From contig BFEA01000039.1 in NCBI GenBank assembly GCA_003427395.1, positions 730,129 through 783,580 of the forward strand: 53,452 nt of DNA. The letters are read 5' to 3'. This stretch comes from Chara braunii. Taxonomy: Eukaryota > Plantae > Charophyceae. Below the pieces are notes generated by a model. That model ran no database searches. It had not been told where the DNA came from and saw only the letters and a program-made list of their open reading frames with translations. The position numbers and the translations under genes were made by a program. Below are positions 1 to 14,489 of the stretch, in pieces. Numbering within the stretch: position 1 is the first letter of the stretch; every line of letters begins with the position of its first letter.

Positions 1-14
1 AAATCGGAATGAAT

Positions 15-16
<2 letters not shown>

Positions 17-74
<58 letters not shown>

Positions 75-100
75 TGTGTGTGTGTGAGAGAGAGAGAGAG
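17..100. repeat. (GT)n/(GA)n microsatellite
   Basis: Seen directly; explains the VC/HT-repeat ORFs at the window start. Confidence 0.95.
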
Positions 101-1387
101 AAAGGGAGCATGCATGTTCACTACCTGCCGTGGAGCACAACGCTCCTGCTGCCGACGACCCACCACACGCCACGTCGCCGTACAGCCCCCGACACGTAGC
201 GCAGCTCGCCTAAAAACCCAACCCGCATGAACCCGCCCTTGCCCTGCTTCCCCGTGCACCCCCTGTCCCCGTACACCCCCCGACCGCCCGGTGACCGACT
301 CCCCAACGAATGGCAGGGCGACCGAATCGACCCACGAAACCGGTCGGGTAAACGCACAACCGCCGCAGTGTCCGCGCCCACCCCTCCCACCGGGACCAGT
401 GTGCGTCAAACTACAGAATCGACGTGTGGGCGCGCCTTCAAGATCGAACTGGGTCTCGCGTGTGGCTACGGAATCGAGGCATGGGCGCGCCTTCAAGAAC
501 GAACCGGGTCTCGCATGTGGGACCCGGGCAACGGGAGCGGTGTCTCGCGTGGGCCCGTCACGCGAGACCCGCCTTTTCCTTTAAGGTATTAGTGAAAAGA
601 AAAGAAAAAAAAAGATGGTGTCGGGCTTCCCTTTTTTTTTTTTTTTTTTTTTCCTCACCTGGCCACTTTTATTCCCTGCTGTGGGGACGAATATCGAGAA
701 GCAATGGGGTCAGGCCCCCCGTGGGGGGATAGAGGGCAAAGTCCTACTAGCAGAGTTAAGTTTCCTCCACTCCCGAAGCTGGATGTGTTTGTGGAGATGT
801 GCGGTTTAGAAAACTCAACACGGTTTTCTGCACACCTCAACGTACACGTCCAGAAGAAGAAGAAGAAGAAGAAGAAGAAGTGGGGCCAACCAACGGTCCT
901 AGCTCAGTTGGTACAACCATGAAGTGTTGAAATACAGTCCTGATTAGGAATCCCAATGGAACTAGATGAATAGAATAAAATTCTGAATCACCTGGGGCTG
1001 GTTAGGTCAATGGTCATTTTTACAAAAAAACAGAAGAGAGTGGGGTCAGGCCCCGAAAAGCACAAGGTAATCTATCCATGACAGTGAGAAAACTTACGAG
1101 GTTTGCGTCGAGTTTTGAAACACCGACATGACTGCGAGCACCTGGGACCCCTTCCCTGTAGCATAAGGCAAAAGTTGGAGAGGGACCGAAGAGGAGAAGG
1201 TCATGTCATTTTGGCATGATGCAGGACCATAGCGGCCTTATGGATTTTTTTGGTGAGTGTGTGGCACTGCCTTAGGTGACTCTCCCATATTTGAATCACC
1301 AGTGCTTGGCCATACATCAGTCGCGGGCCGTTGTCGTTAACGGCCCGCAACTTTCGGGCTTCGGGGTGCCAGACCTCAATGGCTGGA

Positions 1388-4138
1388 GCACTGCTTCTCT
1401 TCGTTATCGTTATGGAGACCCTGGCAGCCAACATAAGACATCACAAAGATATTAGCCATATTCGGGTCTTCCCTATTCTTGAGGAAACAATCCCGGTTTG
1501 CTCCCTCTTTGCAGATGATCTTTCTTTTATGGTTGACGCTTCACACGATAACTTAGAAGCCATCAAAAGAATAATGGACAAATTCTGTAAACTCTTTGAT
1601 ATGAGAGTCAACTGGGGAAATAAAACACTAGGATGGTAGATCCATCATCAAGGCGTGAGACCCCCTGAACTCCCCCGCATTAAGTGGGTCCCTCTTAACG
1701 AACCTATCAGGATCCTGGGAGTATCCCTTTCGGTCTCAGGCAGACCCACCTCCTCGGACGAGGGGATCTTATAACAAGTAGGTTTGAAACTTATCTTTTG
1801 GAAGGAGAAACATACTTCCCTCTTTGATAAAACTCTAATAATTAATAATGTCAACCTAGCTTCTATATGGTATAAATCAGTCTTCTGGGCCTTGGACAAA
1901 AACAATCTTAAACTTCTTAAAAGACAGCTAGTGACATTTTTGTGGCGTGGGGATCATGAAAAACTAAATGTCATCAGCAGGGTGGCTAAGCTCTCCATCA
2001 TTCAACCCTAAACAAAAAGGGGTCTAGGGATCATTGACCCCCAAGCCCAAGCCATGACCCTTTCTCTCCAATGGATCAAACGTCTCATTTTCAATCCCAC
2101 TACCCTTTGGTCCCCCTTTGCTAGCCACTCCAGTGCTCGATCATATAGACCCCCTTATGTGGCTAGAAAACCGTGCATAGACTTTGTCCAAAAGCTCTCT
2201 AGGGGACCAATATCAAGAAGATAATTCAGATAGGGAGGTAATCAGAAGGGACCTCAGGCGGGACCCCTTCAGGGTTATCCTCCTGAAAAATTGGAGAAAG
2301 ATGCCTATCTCAAACAAAGTTTTTTCGGATAGATGGGAGAAAGTTTGTCAGCAGCCTCTTTTTAACAACACTTTTATCAGGGATGATTTTTAATGTATGT
2401 TACATTGCATGAATGCTCCTTGGAATGGTTGGATTAAATGGGGGGTATTACGAGTCAGAGATCTATGGAATCAAGAAAGCAGAGATTGACATTCTTCCTC
2501 TGATCTGCATGAGCGTCTTAGATATAGTCATCATCAAACTGAGGCCCTGGATAAAATAATAGACTTAATTCCTCTCGACTGAGTCAGAATCCTAAAGAAG
2601 ATACCCAAGCTTATTGTGAATGACTGGGTGACCTTTCACAACCAAAACGGAGTCGTTGATAATATAATTGAAATTCATAACCCAAACCGAATTCTCATTT
2701 TTATTTTTCATGTCCAAGAGGATGACTTCCTTAATCAGAATCAACAAGAGGAGATTAGATGGTGCTCATGTGATCAACTGTTTAGGATTCAAGTATTGAA
2801 ATCCGATGATAAATGACTAGCTTTTAAACCAGATATCCCCATCTCTCATCTTTCATTTGACCCCATTAACTGGTATTGGTCTCCTCCTGGGAACCGTGCG
2901 CCGGCGCAACCTACAAAGTTGCACACTCTCATCGTCAAAGCCTCTTACAGGATGCTCCGCCCGAGAGTTAATTTAAAAGACCGTATGAAAGAAAGATGGC
3001 AAAAGCATCTTAACGTCAGTAAAAACGAGTTGAAAAGGGTTGATTGTTTTTTTGCCTATAAATCTAGACCCACCAAAATAGTTTCCCTCCAGTGACAAAT
3101 CTCTCATAGGTGTCTTCCTTCAAATGACTATATTATTAAAAAGACTTCTCTCGAGCAGAAAGGTATTGCCCTCCCTTGGTGTAAGTTTTGTAAATCGGCC
3201 TTCCCCTCCAAACTCATCCCAGAAACTATTGAGCACATTTTTCTTCAATGCCCGGGGTCAATCTGGCTGTGGAGATGGTGGGATAGGATTTGGAACCAGT
3301 TGGAGACCTCTCATCCTTGGCCTTGGGAATGGAAAGCCCTTCTGTTGGGATCATGGCATCTGGGCCAAGTGAATGACTTTACCTACAATATATTCCTAGT
3401 AAGAAGGCGAGCGATCATCTGGGCGATTTGGACAAGAAGATGTACCTTTGAAATGGAAAATGCTCGCTTAGATGAACGAGAATTCACAGAAACCATCAAA
3501 CATCAGATTCAAATTGATTTAACTATCAAATGGGAACAGGTAAAAGAACGAATCCAGTTTCTCACGGATCTTAAAGAAATTTGGTGCCACATTAAAAAAT
3601 TTAATAAAAGTTGGCTTGGAAATGACCAAGGTGGGAGACTGGGGATGGTAATCTGGGAAGGCGGTTCCATATAGGCTCAAGTTCCACTTAAAAGGAACTA
3701 CCGATTAGTCTTTATTAACTTGACCACAGTCGATCCCTCGATTCCCTTATGACCCTTCTCTTAATTTCCTGATTTCTTCCCCCCCCCAAATGATTGCCTT
3801 GTGTCAGTGTCTTGGTTTGGATAGATAAGGTGAGAAATGATTGATAGCTAGTGGCGTGTTTGTTAGTCATGAGAATCTGGTACCCTGTGAGGGTGAAGAG
3901 ACACTAAGCTAGCCCCTGGGGGACTGTATATTTCAGCTTTTCCCTCTGCTCCTTTCTGGTTACCCCATTCAATTCTTAATTACCTTGTATTTAAGGGGAC
4001 GTTGGACCCGCTTTCCAGCAGGTGACGCTCCCCACCAATAAAATGGAGTCACCCGAGGGTCAGAAAGGAGTGAATGCTCTTATCATTACTCCTATCTGAT
4101 ATTCGGTGTTTAAATTTAAAAAAAAAAAAAAAAAAAAA
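1388..4138 (+). mobile_element. 5'-truncated L1/Tx1-type LINE (LINE-a), degraded
   Basis: ORF2 fragments: RT 'SLFADDL' (1331-1639), 'GGLG'-like region near 2020, zf-RVT-like 'WCKFC...ETIEHIF' near 3180-3250, 'IWAIWTRRC' (3300-3674). Poly(A) 4118-4139. 15-bp TSD ACCTCAATGGCTGGA at 1373-1387 and 4139-4153; homologous empty site near 31096. Confidence 0.93.
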
Positions 4139-4748
4139 ACCTCAATGGCTGGAAGCGTAAGCCAAAATAAAGTCGAAACGACGCCACGGTGGTTTGGAAA
4201 AACTTTGCACGCAGAAGGTCGATAGCTAGGCCAAGTACTGGTGGTTTAACAGACGCTCGACGTCGAGGGAAGGGTAAGGAAATGGGAGGAAGGGCCGAAA
4301 AGGGGCATGAGCAAGGTTGAGGGAATCATAGTGCAGACTGCGTTCAGCCGTTTGTTGCCCATTTGGGAGACTGGTCTGCAAATTGTGCGCAGTCCATGAT
4401 GTGATATAAAACAAAATTGAGAAGTAGCGAATGACCCTGCTATATCCAAAACAATGCACGGGGTGGATGCCTTGGGATTGAGAAAAAAAGGATGCAATAA
4501 AAGGCGAAACACCATGGGGAGAAGCTCTCTTTGATCCATGGATTTCCTTTCGGCAAACCGTTACGAAATTGACTTATGTGTGTACCTTAGCTGAGATGTC
4601 ATTGCATATGCCCCCCCGCCGCCCAGCCCCCCCCCCTCCTCTCAGCTGTTCTGTTCAGAATTGTCTTTTGCCCTTGCTGGGAATTAGAATGAACAGGTTA
4701 AGGGTCAAGCAATGCCTGATACTTGCTGTTTGACACAAACTTAGTAGA

Positions 4749-4908
4749 CTAAATCATCAGTACTTGGCCCAGCTATCGACTGCAAAAAAAAAAAAAAAAA
4801 GTAGAAACGTTTCTAGTTGGATGAATTTGAGCGCTCCTATAGTAGCCCGTATGTTTTCTAAAATCATGGCGCGTTAACGGGCACAACTCTAGGAAGTACT
4901 GGTGGTTT

Positions 4909-4910
<2 letters not shown>
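4749..4910. mobile_element. Short TIR element with (TTAA)ACCACCAGTACTT-type ends
   Basis: Degenerate left end TAAATCATCAGTACTT and right end AAGTACTGGTGGTTTAA; the interior matches 23905-24030 and 28100-28250 in reverse. Confidence 0.6.
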
Positions 4911-4952
<42 letters not shown>

Positions 4953-5189
4953 GAGAGAACGCCCATGAAACACAGCTAGGGGTAATGATAAGAACATGTA
5001 CCCCAAGCTATATTCGTAGGTGGCTCTGATCTATTAGTGGGGAGTATTACGTGTTGGAAACCGGGTCCAGTGTCCCATGATAACATTCACTGATGAATAT
5101 AGTTCACTAAGGAGCCACAGTTGCCTCTTCACTCCCTTAGGGACCGCCAGAAATAACAATCAGTGCTAGCTACCATTGCTCCTCATAAG

Positions 5190-8100
5190 ATTATCTTGAA
5201 TTTATCAACTCCCCTCCAAACCAAAACATTGTATTTCTACAAGGACAAGTTCGGAAGGGGGAAATGGATCTGCAAAAAAGATTAGAGCTCTGCGAGTAGC
5301 TCCTGGATGAAGAGTAAACCAATCCTTGAAGACGAGCTAAAAGTCCCTTTTGAAGGATTCCTCCCTCTCCCCTTCTCCGGGCTATATTACCTTCCCTAGG
5401 TTCCTTTCCCCAATGCCCCCTAGCCAGTCCATAGTAAAGTTCTAGATTGCCTTTTGGATGTCTTTGTTTTTTTTTGGTAATTACGTAATTTAGATATGAC
5501 TGTCGTCCATTAGGCTCTAATCTTTGTTTGTACAAATTGGACAATTTGTTCAATCATCTCTGGTCCCTCCAGATTTACTTCTTCATATACAAAAATACAC
5601 CTCTTATACCATAGTGTCAATAAAACCGCTTTCCAACCAATTTAAAAACAGTTGAATTGGAAATTGGATAGCTCTAGGTCATGTGTAACCCAACATCCTA
5701 AGAGGATAGCCTTCCAATCCCAGGGTCAGTCTAGATCCGTTAGTTCTCGCCATGTGCAGTCCCACCTGCACCGGGGCATTGCATAAAAATGTGCTCTATG
5801 GTTTCTCTATATTTTCTCCCTAGAAAAGTGGACAAAAAAAATTTGCACCATGGGGAGGCTAAACCTTTTCGTTTCAAGGAAGAGTGGTCAATAATCCAAT
5901 CATTTGTGGGGAGACGGCGATGTGCAATTTGCCACTGCAAGGAGGCGAACTTAGCTGTTTTTTGTCTAATGTTTTTAAAAAAATATATGTTTTTGAGTAG
6001 ATTTATGTCTAAATTCAAGTGCCTGGATCATATCTCTTGCAAAATTACTACAATGTCCACATTTGGTCGTAGCAGTTTGTAAGTCGCTTTCACAGTGAGT
6101 GACTGCAAGGTCATTGGTCTAACCCTCATGCCAGTTTGTCAAATCCATTCTGCCGGATCTATTGGAAGTTTTGGGATAGGAAACTCTGGATGAAAGACTC
6201 TCCATCCCTTTATAACGAAGATAAAAAGGACTTTAACTCGATACAGGTATGAAAAAGGAAAAAGACCAAACTGGATCTGAAGAAAACCGAGTCAAAAAAT
6301 GATCTCTATTCAGTTTGAAGATGTTTATTAGATAACCTTGTCGGAGATTGTGCACCACCTAACCCACTATCCCTTTACCATCTGGCTGGAACCCCACTAC
6401 CCAATCTCTCTCCTTAAATTTAAACATTTTTCTTAGAGTTCTTACCTATGCCAAGGGTATAGAAAAAATAATTTGATCCAGGTTCTGGTTGAGATGATGA
6501 GCATATCGAAGTGTATGTCTCAATTGTTCCGTCGTTTTCCAGTCTTTCGAGTTCGGGTCCCATAAGTCTTTAATTTTGTTGATTCCTTTTTTGACCCAAT
6601 GAGACCAAGGGGGGGGTGAACTGTTGTAGATGCAACCGCTTGCATTTGTGATCCACCGATTGTCAAAAAGCGGTTGACGAAGTATCTCCTCATATCGGTC
6701 AAGAAAAAGTTTGTTAGGTAATGGTATGTGACATCAATATTTCATTATTGTTACCCACAAATTGTCCAGCATAAGATCACTTTTTAGCTCTACCCCGATC
6801 CCCTTCTTCTGTAGAGTATGTGTGAACCCTTGGAAATTGGAATGGACCAGAACCGATCCTCAATCCATGTGAGAGGGTAAATACCCTCATCAGATAAAGG
6901 GGCGAGTCTACGAATATGTTCCAACATCATTTCCGTTCATGGTTTGTCAGTAGATAAGATCATTTTTTTTATCCATTGGATGGATAAGGCTTTGATATTT
7001 AAACGTAGGATCCAGGATTCTCAGACCCCCCTTGTTTTTTGTTGGATTATAGAAAGCCAAGTCACCCTTGGAATTGCCTTGTCTTGTTTGCGATTCCTTC
7101 TCCATAAGAATGTTGTGACTTGTCATTGAAGGGTTTTTGTTCGTGCCTGACCTATGGACCAGAGGGCTGATTTATACCAGATGGGGGCTAGGATCACGTT
7201 GTTAATAATGAGTGTCCTTCCAAAAATGAAAGTGTGTTTATTTTTCTATTGATTCATTTTTTCTAATGTTGGTTTGCAGATTCATTCTTCATGAGTAGCA
7301 TGTTTACCTAATATTGTAAGTGACACTCCTAAGATGCGTATCGGGGCTTCTAGAGGTAACCATTGAATTTTTGGAAGCTCCGGAGGACAGTCACCGTTGG
7401 AATGAATCCACCACCTTTGAGTCTTGTTGCCCCAATTAACCACCATGTCAGAGACTTGTGTGAATTTACTCATTAGGTTTTGAATCTCCTCCTTGTTTGA
7501 CAAAGATGCTTCTTACATTATTGTGAGATCATCAACAAGCATTGAGCTAATGGGGATAGCGTTTTCTGGGATACTCGAAATCTGAAAACGTTTCAAATTA
7601 TGATAAGAAACAGAAAAGGGGTCAAATCATTTTTTTCCCTTATCGATCTTTGTAAACTAATTTATGGAGAAAATAGCTCATTAACCTGTACCCTCGTTGT
7701 GACATCCGTATGAAGAATTCTCACCCATTTTCTTAAGTTTGAACCAAATTTTATTTTATTCAGAAAGACATAAAAAAAAAACGTCAATCTACATGATCAT
7801 AGTTTTTTTTTTAAAACGTCAATCTACATGATCATAGGTTTTTTTTAAGTCAATGAAAATGAAAGCATCATTCTGTTTTGATTGACGAGAAAGCTTAATC
7901 ATTTTATTAATTAGAAGAATATTATCCTGAACGTGTTTGTCATTTATAAATCTAGTTTGTGAGGGATGAATAATATTTATCATTACCGGAATCATACGAT
8001 TAACCAATGTTTTAGCCAATATTTTATAAACCACAGTAAGTAAAGTTATGAGTCTAGAATTTCTCATATTTGTTTTATCCCCATTTTTGTGTAAAAGAGT

Positions 8101-9813
8101 GAGAATCCCCCGACTCACAAATTCTCCTATCTGTCCTGACTCATAAATAGATTCGAAAAATTGCAACAAGTCTGATGAGAACGTAGGCCACATTGTTTCC
8201 CAAAATTCATTGGGAAACCTACCAATACAAGGGGTTTTATCCACATTCATCTGTAATAATGTTGTCCATAATTCCTCCAGGGTCAATGACCTCTCCAAAT
8301 GTTCTCTTTGTTCTTGAGTAAGTGTCTGGGTTAAGGGTGTGAGGGTTTTTTTTATGCCTGCATTATCTTCCTCCATCTCCTCCATATTTTTTAATAAAGT
8401 GAAAAAAAAATTATAAAAATTATAGACGATTTTTAGACTTTCTGCTGAGGATAATGAAATAGATGGTTCTGAAGTTTCAGTAGGATCTTGCAGTTCTTCA
8501 ATAGTCGTACGTCGTGCTCTAGCACGAGCTAGTGCAAAGAATGATGCATTCATTTGTCCCTCAGTCAAATGCCTTGATAATTTACCCCTAATCTAATATC
8601 CTTGCCAACGGTGTTGAGCAAAGGATAAAAATTGGTTCCTAAGCTCCTGAATGTCAATTGGGTAAGTATGATTTTGTGGTTAATCATCAAATTCATAATT
8701 AATAATTTGTTCTTGGATGTTCATTTCTTAGAGAAAGCGTTTTTTTGCTTGTAATTTAGAGAATTCGTTACACTTTTTGGCTATAATGACCAACCCGTTA
8801 TTGAACCAAGTCGTGTAGGAATCATGTTTATCCTTAGTAGTATGCCAGTAATCCCAAACATCATGAATGAATTGCTTAAATTGACTTTGAAAAAGTAAGG
8901 AGGTGTTAAGTTTGTAGAAACCTTTCCCCTGGTCTGTTTTTTTCTTAAAGGACAACAGGACTACACACATCTTATGATCAGCCCCTGACCAAGGACTTTG
9001 GGGAAAGATGGTTGTCCATAACAGTGCCCGATCTAGATCCCGTGACATCATAATTAAGTCTATTCGGGATCTAGATTGGTGTGAGGTACCACTGTTGTGA
9101 ATACAGGTGAACAACCATTCTTGCGAGAAAATTCGTCGGTACGTATCAAATAGCCTCTCATCCTCGCATAGTTTACTAATAATGTTATCACCCTCCTCTA
9201 TATATGTTGGGCAAGGGGAGGGAACCCTCCATCTATCCAGCCATCTATCGGGGGCTGCATTGAAATCCCCTACCATAATGAGAGGGATACCTTCTGGTAT
9301 TTGAGTTTTGATACTCTGGAATAATTTGATCCTTTCATGTGCCTCATTAGGCCCATATACATTAATGACACATACTATTTCTATCTTTAGCTTAATCAAG
9401 GTAGAAATTCATCTACCCTGCTCCTCATCAGCTGTCCACTGAATAATTTATACCCTTGATTCAAGTGGCACCCAAAGAGCCACTTCATCCGATCCACAAC
9501 ATGGCGTCGGGGAGGATAATTTAAAAAAAGGCTATGCCAGATTATGTGCTCTATTATAGATCAACGAAATCATAAGATGGGTTTCCTGTATACAGATAAG
9601 GTCAGGCCATGTACGGTCTCCAACTTCCTTGAGCTGCTCCATTATAGCTTTTCTTTTCACACCGTCCACAGTGGTCAGTCCATTTACATTTAGAGATTGT
9701 ATATCTAAATCCGTTGTTCTGATGACACGGCTCCAAGAGGGTTTTTTTTCCATAATATGCTTGGAGAGCCTCCATCGGTAATCTTTGAATATTATAAAAT
9801 TTTTATGACCCAT
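5190..9813 (-). pseudogene. LINE-b ORF2 (AP endonuclease + reverse transcriptase + zf-RVT) with stops and frameshifts
   Basis: 'SLNVNGL','ICIQETH' (9532-9813); 'NVYGPN','GDFNA','SRIDLI','ADHK' (8728-9399); RT 'RLITLL','IDLKKTYDHVD' (7819-8568); 'ETIEHIFMQC' (5740-6018). Confidence 0.92.
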
Positions 9814-9878
9814 TAGTTATTATAACCTTATCCAATTCCCCTTATCCAAGATTGAAGAAGACTAGAGAATTTATTTGC

Positions 9879-12800
9879 TTAGGATTGAGCACAGAAAGAA
9901 CGCCCCACATCTGCCACCGACCAGACTGAGTTTGCCTTAAGCTTGAGATACTGCAGATCCATCAAGCCAAAGTGCGGATACCATCTCAAGCCTGTCTCCT
10001 TCTGATCTTCGACTCTAATAAAGGTATCACATTTGGTCATTTGTGCCCGATCGCCTGTTTCAGTGAGAACTGCCTGGGGCCCAGGGTCATAGTGCTTGGA
10101 GAGAAAGTCGTGAAGATCCCGCTTGAAGGTCCGGTCGTTAGTATTCTGATACTCCACATATGTGGTCCATGCCTTCAAGGTCATTCCCCCATACTGTTCT
10201 TGACCAATTGGGGACAATCATATTTTTCATTTTCAGCTTCTCTTCCTGACAGGAATAACAAAATTCCTCTTCGAAGGTTGTGGTCTGTTGGCGAGTCCTT
10301 TTTCGAGGATATGTCTTAATTTTTGTCTTTTGCATGCATCCTGTGAAACAGGCGTGGGGAAAGAGACTAACCCTTCCTGTACGTGATGTCCTTGTGCAAA
10401 CCTTCTTGCACTAATGAGTAGTAATGACTATTTGTTTTGGTTGTTGCGTCGACTATTGTTCTTGTAAAAGCTTTTGCAACTGGTGTGACTCTAGCCCATG
10501 CTGCACCTCTTGTTGTTGCAGCCCTGGATCTTGCAACAACAACATCTGCTTATCACTCTTAAGTTGTTGAGAGTATTGCAATATTTGTTGGGATATCTTC
10601 CCTGCTCCGGTAACTGTAGCTCAGGTACTTGCCGCAAAAATTATTGTTGCGACTGACTGTTTTCACCAGATACTCCCTGAGGCTGCCCCACCAGTAGTTG
10701 TCCGGGCCTTGTATACTCTTTCCGTTGCTGTTTCTGCCGCTGTTGCTCTGAGTCTTTATCGAGCTTTAATTCTTCTGTCAAATTTCCCCCCCGTGGCGGT
10801 ATCAGATTTACATCCCCTCCTAGCGTAACCACTCCCCCCCTCCCTTGAATATCAGTCTGACTCTCATCCATGACTAATATTATTTCTTTTATTTTAGTTT
10901 TTTTTTTTTCTTCTTCTTCTTTCTCATTTTTATTACCCTACATCTCTGCCACATTCTGAGTGTCAGACTTTGTACATTCATGTGACCCAGGAGAGGCAAA
11001 TCCGAACCGCCACTAGGTCCTTGTTGTTCCTCCTGCACCGTTGTCTCCTCTTCTAACTCCTGACACGGTAAAATCCGGGACCCATAAAGTTGAGTCTCCT
11101 CTGAGAACACCGTCACCAATGCAGATTTAGATCCCTCCCCTTCCTGTGACTTACCTTGTGGAGGGGGGGGGCTGAAACATGGACATTACCCTTCGCAGCA
11201 TCCTCTTGCTTACCGTTGGCCAGCCTGTACCAGGAGGTAACCCCTGGTGCAGAACCTTTTTGAGGCTCGAACTGTTATTTAGCATGCTGACCAACTGAAT
11301 ATATGAACTATCCCAGAAATTGATGGTGACTGCCCCATACTTTGTCTTCAGTTGTTCGAGCAGCCAGTCTGTCGGCTGAGCGATATTCTGATCCATAGGG
11401 ATTTGAGATCGATCCTCTCCGTCATTAGGGGAGGGTGCCTCATCTATTGGAGCGTCAGATGAGGCTTGTTGGTCTACCTCCATCGTGGCCGATCGGAATG
11501 CGTCCTTGAAGGGATCATGGATCTCTTGTGCACCCAGGGATTCTCCTTGTGAGATATTCCCTATGTTCACTTCTTCCCCTTTGAAATTTTCCTTCACCAC
11601 TACCTGTTTTTTTATCTTATATTCTCAATGGTGTGATAATAAGTATTAATAACCCTCCCCTATTTGTAACTTTTTTTTTTTTTTCCCTTTTTTTTTTTCT
11701 AATAAGAGGTTGATCTTCTCCCATATCCTGGTCTCGTTCATTTTCCTTTTCCTGACTTTGTTCCATATGCATATCATTTCATTGATGTGTTCCTTCAATA
11801 TTAAACCTGCTTGGTGTGACTACATGACTGTCCTTGTCTGTGCCACCGACGACTTTGTTGCCTGTAATCCCTAGAAAGGAGGACGAAATGTCTTCCTGTA
11901 TATAGTTTTTGGGATCAGGTTCATATAATACTGCACTTTTAGCAGGACCAGTGACTGACATATAATCAGACCCAGAACCAGAACTAGGATTAGAATCCGG
12001 ACCAGATCCTGAACCAGAACCAGAACCAGAACCAGGCTTTGATTGGGTAGTCTGTGTAGCATTTCCTTATGGAAGGGGGGGGGAGGGAGTTGGAGGAGAC
12101 CAAGTATCGGGGGGTTTAGAGTCCCAATTTCGGCCACCCTCTCGCTTCCATGTCCAACCCTTTGGCCCTTGACTTTTACTAGATCCTTCAACATACACCC
12201 AACCCTCACGACCGGGATCCACTGTACGTCATACGTTAACTTTGAATGGATCATGAATGAGTCTGCCTATTGCTTTTTGCTTGCGCGCCGGATTTTGCGC
12301 ACAAGAAGAGTCAGAAAACAGGTGCCCATATGCTTTACAACGAAAACACTAAGGGCGCAACTTATGGGAAGTATGAATATGAAATTCTTTGCCCCCCACC
12401 CTGTAAGGAATAACATCATCGATGTGAAAAGGGACATCGGAGGGATGGTTTAGTGCAAGCATCAAATAATCATCTCTTCGTGCCGCATGTACTGAAAGTG
12501 GATCAATACAATCCACTATATCGTAAATCTCACCGAAGTCGTGTACGAATGCAACCTGAATCTCTATTAGGATATGCCGGAACTCAACCCAATAGTGATC
12601 CTCCATCATCTGACGATGTTTCTCATCTGGTCCCTGTTTTGCGGGAATGCACGGATAGATTTGGACTTATGAGCTATCGCACCTCAGCTTTCTCCAGTCA
12701 TCAATTATTCTTTTATCTTTTATCTGCACACTCAGTACCGTAAAGACTGTTAAGGACACGGGTTGGATAAAAACATCTTCGTTGACCGCCTCCTGACTGC

Positions 12801-13900
12801 CTTTAAACTGTGAGAGTCTTTTACCTATCCATTTTATCTTCTCATTTGTAGTCTTGTATGTCGCATTATCATGGAAGATCCAGTTGTTTGCATGTAGTTG
12901 GTAGATATAATCTCTTTCTGCAATCTTCTGGGATGGATAGGTCTTCACTATTGATTTCTTCCCCCCATTGTCAACTACTTCATTTTTCGAGGGGCTGATA
13001 AATTTTGATAGGAAGAAAGCGTGAACAGTTGGGAGATTAGAAAGTGGAATGCGGAGTGGTTGAGCTCATGGCCCCTTTCTTTTAATTTTCAGCATACTAG
13101 ATTGAAAGGGGTCTTTAAAAAAAATAATAAAAAAAAAAATAATAATAAAAAATAAAATAAAATGAAAGGGGTCTTTGACCTTATGAATCCAAGAGATTTA
13201 TGAGTTTTGATCATGTCCCCGAGCGAGACTCTGCCTCTTTTCACTCGGCTCTTCCCCTTCCCCCCCCTCCTCTTGCCCTCCTTCCTTCCTTCTTTCCCTT
13301 TCCCCCTTCCTTCCCCTCTACCTCGTTCGCCTCCTCTTCCTCCTCCCTACCATCCTCTCCCCCTGCCTTGCCTCCCTCCCCTCCTCCCTCTCTCTGCAAG
13401 GGGGGAAAGTCCTCATCCAATACTTCCACTAATTCTTTTGTTGCATTTATCTTTTCCAACTCCTTCTCCTTTCCCATCTTTCTTTGGTACATTTTCCACT
13501 CCTCTTTCATTCAATGTCGTCTGGCCCATTAGTAATCCAGTATAGGAAGAGCCCTGATGCGAGTGCCTTGCGATTGTTCCCTTTGGCTGACTGTATAGAT
13601 TGAGGAGGATGGGGGGTTGTCGTATCTTCTGAAAAAAACAGAGGATTCATCTTCATCATTCTTCCCTGGGGCAGTGTTGCCATACTCCCTTGTCCAATAT
13701 TGTTAGCAAGGAGAGAAGCCATAAGGGGAAAGATGCAAGTTATGATTGTTTGGTTCTTCCATCTTTCTGCTGAGAAGAGAAGAATCACAGTTAACTATAG
13801 ATAGTGAGTGACATTGTCGTTGCTTTTTCTCCTCTTCCGTTAAAATTTTATCGTCGGATACCACCGAGTGCTCCAATTGTTGATGCTTCCTTTTTATTCT
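9879..13900 (-). pseudogene. LINE-b ORF1 (gag-like, zinc knuckle), fragmented
   Basis: Minus-strand CFRCKAYGHLFSDSSC knuckle at 12301-12348, Gly/Ser repeat near 11980-12035, and segments homologous to LINE-c ORF1 (DPFKDAF, DWLL, LKLKAN). Confidence 0.75.
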
Positions 13901-14489
13901 GCAAAGCCATCTTAATTGGCGTTTGTAATTGTCTAACAGCTATCTGTCTCATTGCTAACATAAACATCAACATAAAACCTACTTGGCGATGAGAACGCTG
14001 ATGATAGTTCACACGTGTCATTTTTCTGATTGCTCTTATTACTGTCAGAGGCAGCTTCGACTGTTTTTTTTTTTTTTTTTTTTAGTTGGCTCTGAAAAAT
14101 CCCGTAATAATTTATTTATGGACTTGTGGAGAGTTGTGAGATCCCAATTATCAAATGCTCATGGATAATCAGGACAGTCGTCGGTCCACAGAGACCTATA
14201 CAGTTCACAAGAACCATGTAAACTCACGACGAAGAACAAATACACCAAAGCGAATCAACCCACCATACATCGAAATTGACAATAAGCCACAAGACACGTC
14301 GGAAGCCAGCATTGAAACTGACGACAAACCAAGCACAAGGAAGAAAGAAAGAACACCAAGACACATCAGAATCCCGAACGTGACAAATAGCCACGAAAAT
14401 GAATAAGCAATAGAGTACATGGCTATGAAGCTTGGACCGGAAGTGGGCAGCATGCCCAAGGATCTTGATAGTCGCCAAGCATCGGCGGA

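Larger units (their letters stand above)
4912..14060 (-). mobile_element. Near full-length L1/Tx1-type LINE (LINE-b), degraded; 5' end approximate
   Basis: Poly(T) 4912-4949 on +, structured 3' UTR, ORF2 (APE-RT-zf) and a long ORF1 in the canonical order on the minus strand. Confidence 0.88.

Noticed and set aside
885-965. Possible tRNA gene (TAGCTCAGTTGGTA)
   Set aside because: Only the A box is clear and there is no cloverleaf; probably a decayed SINE head.
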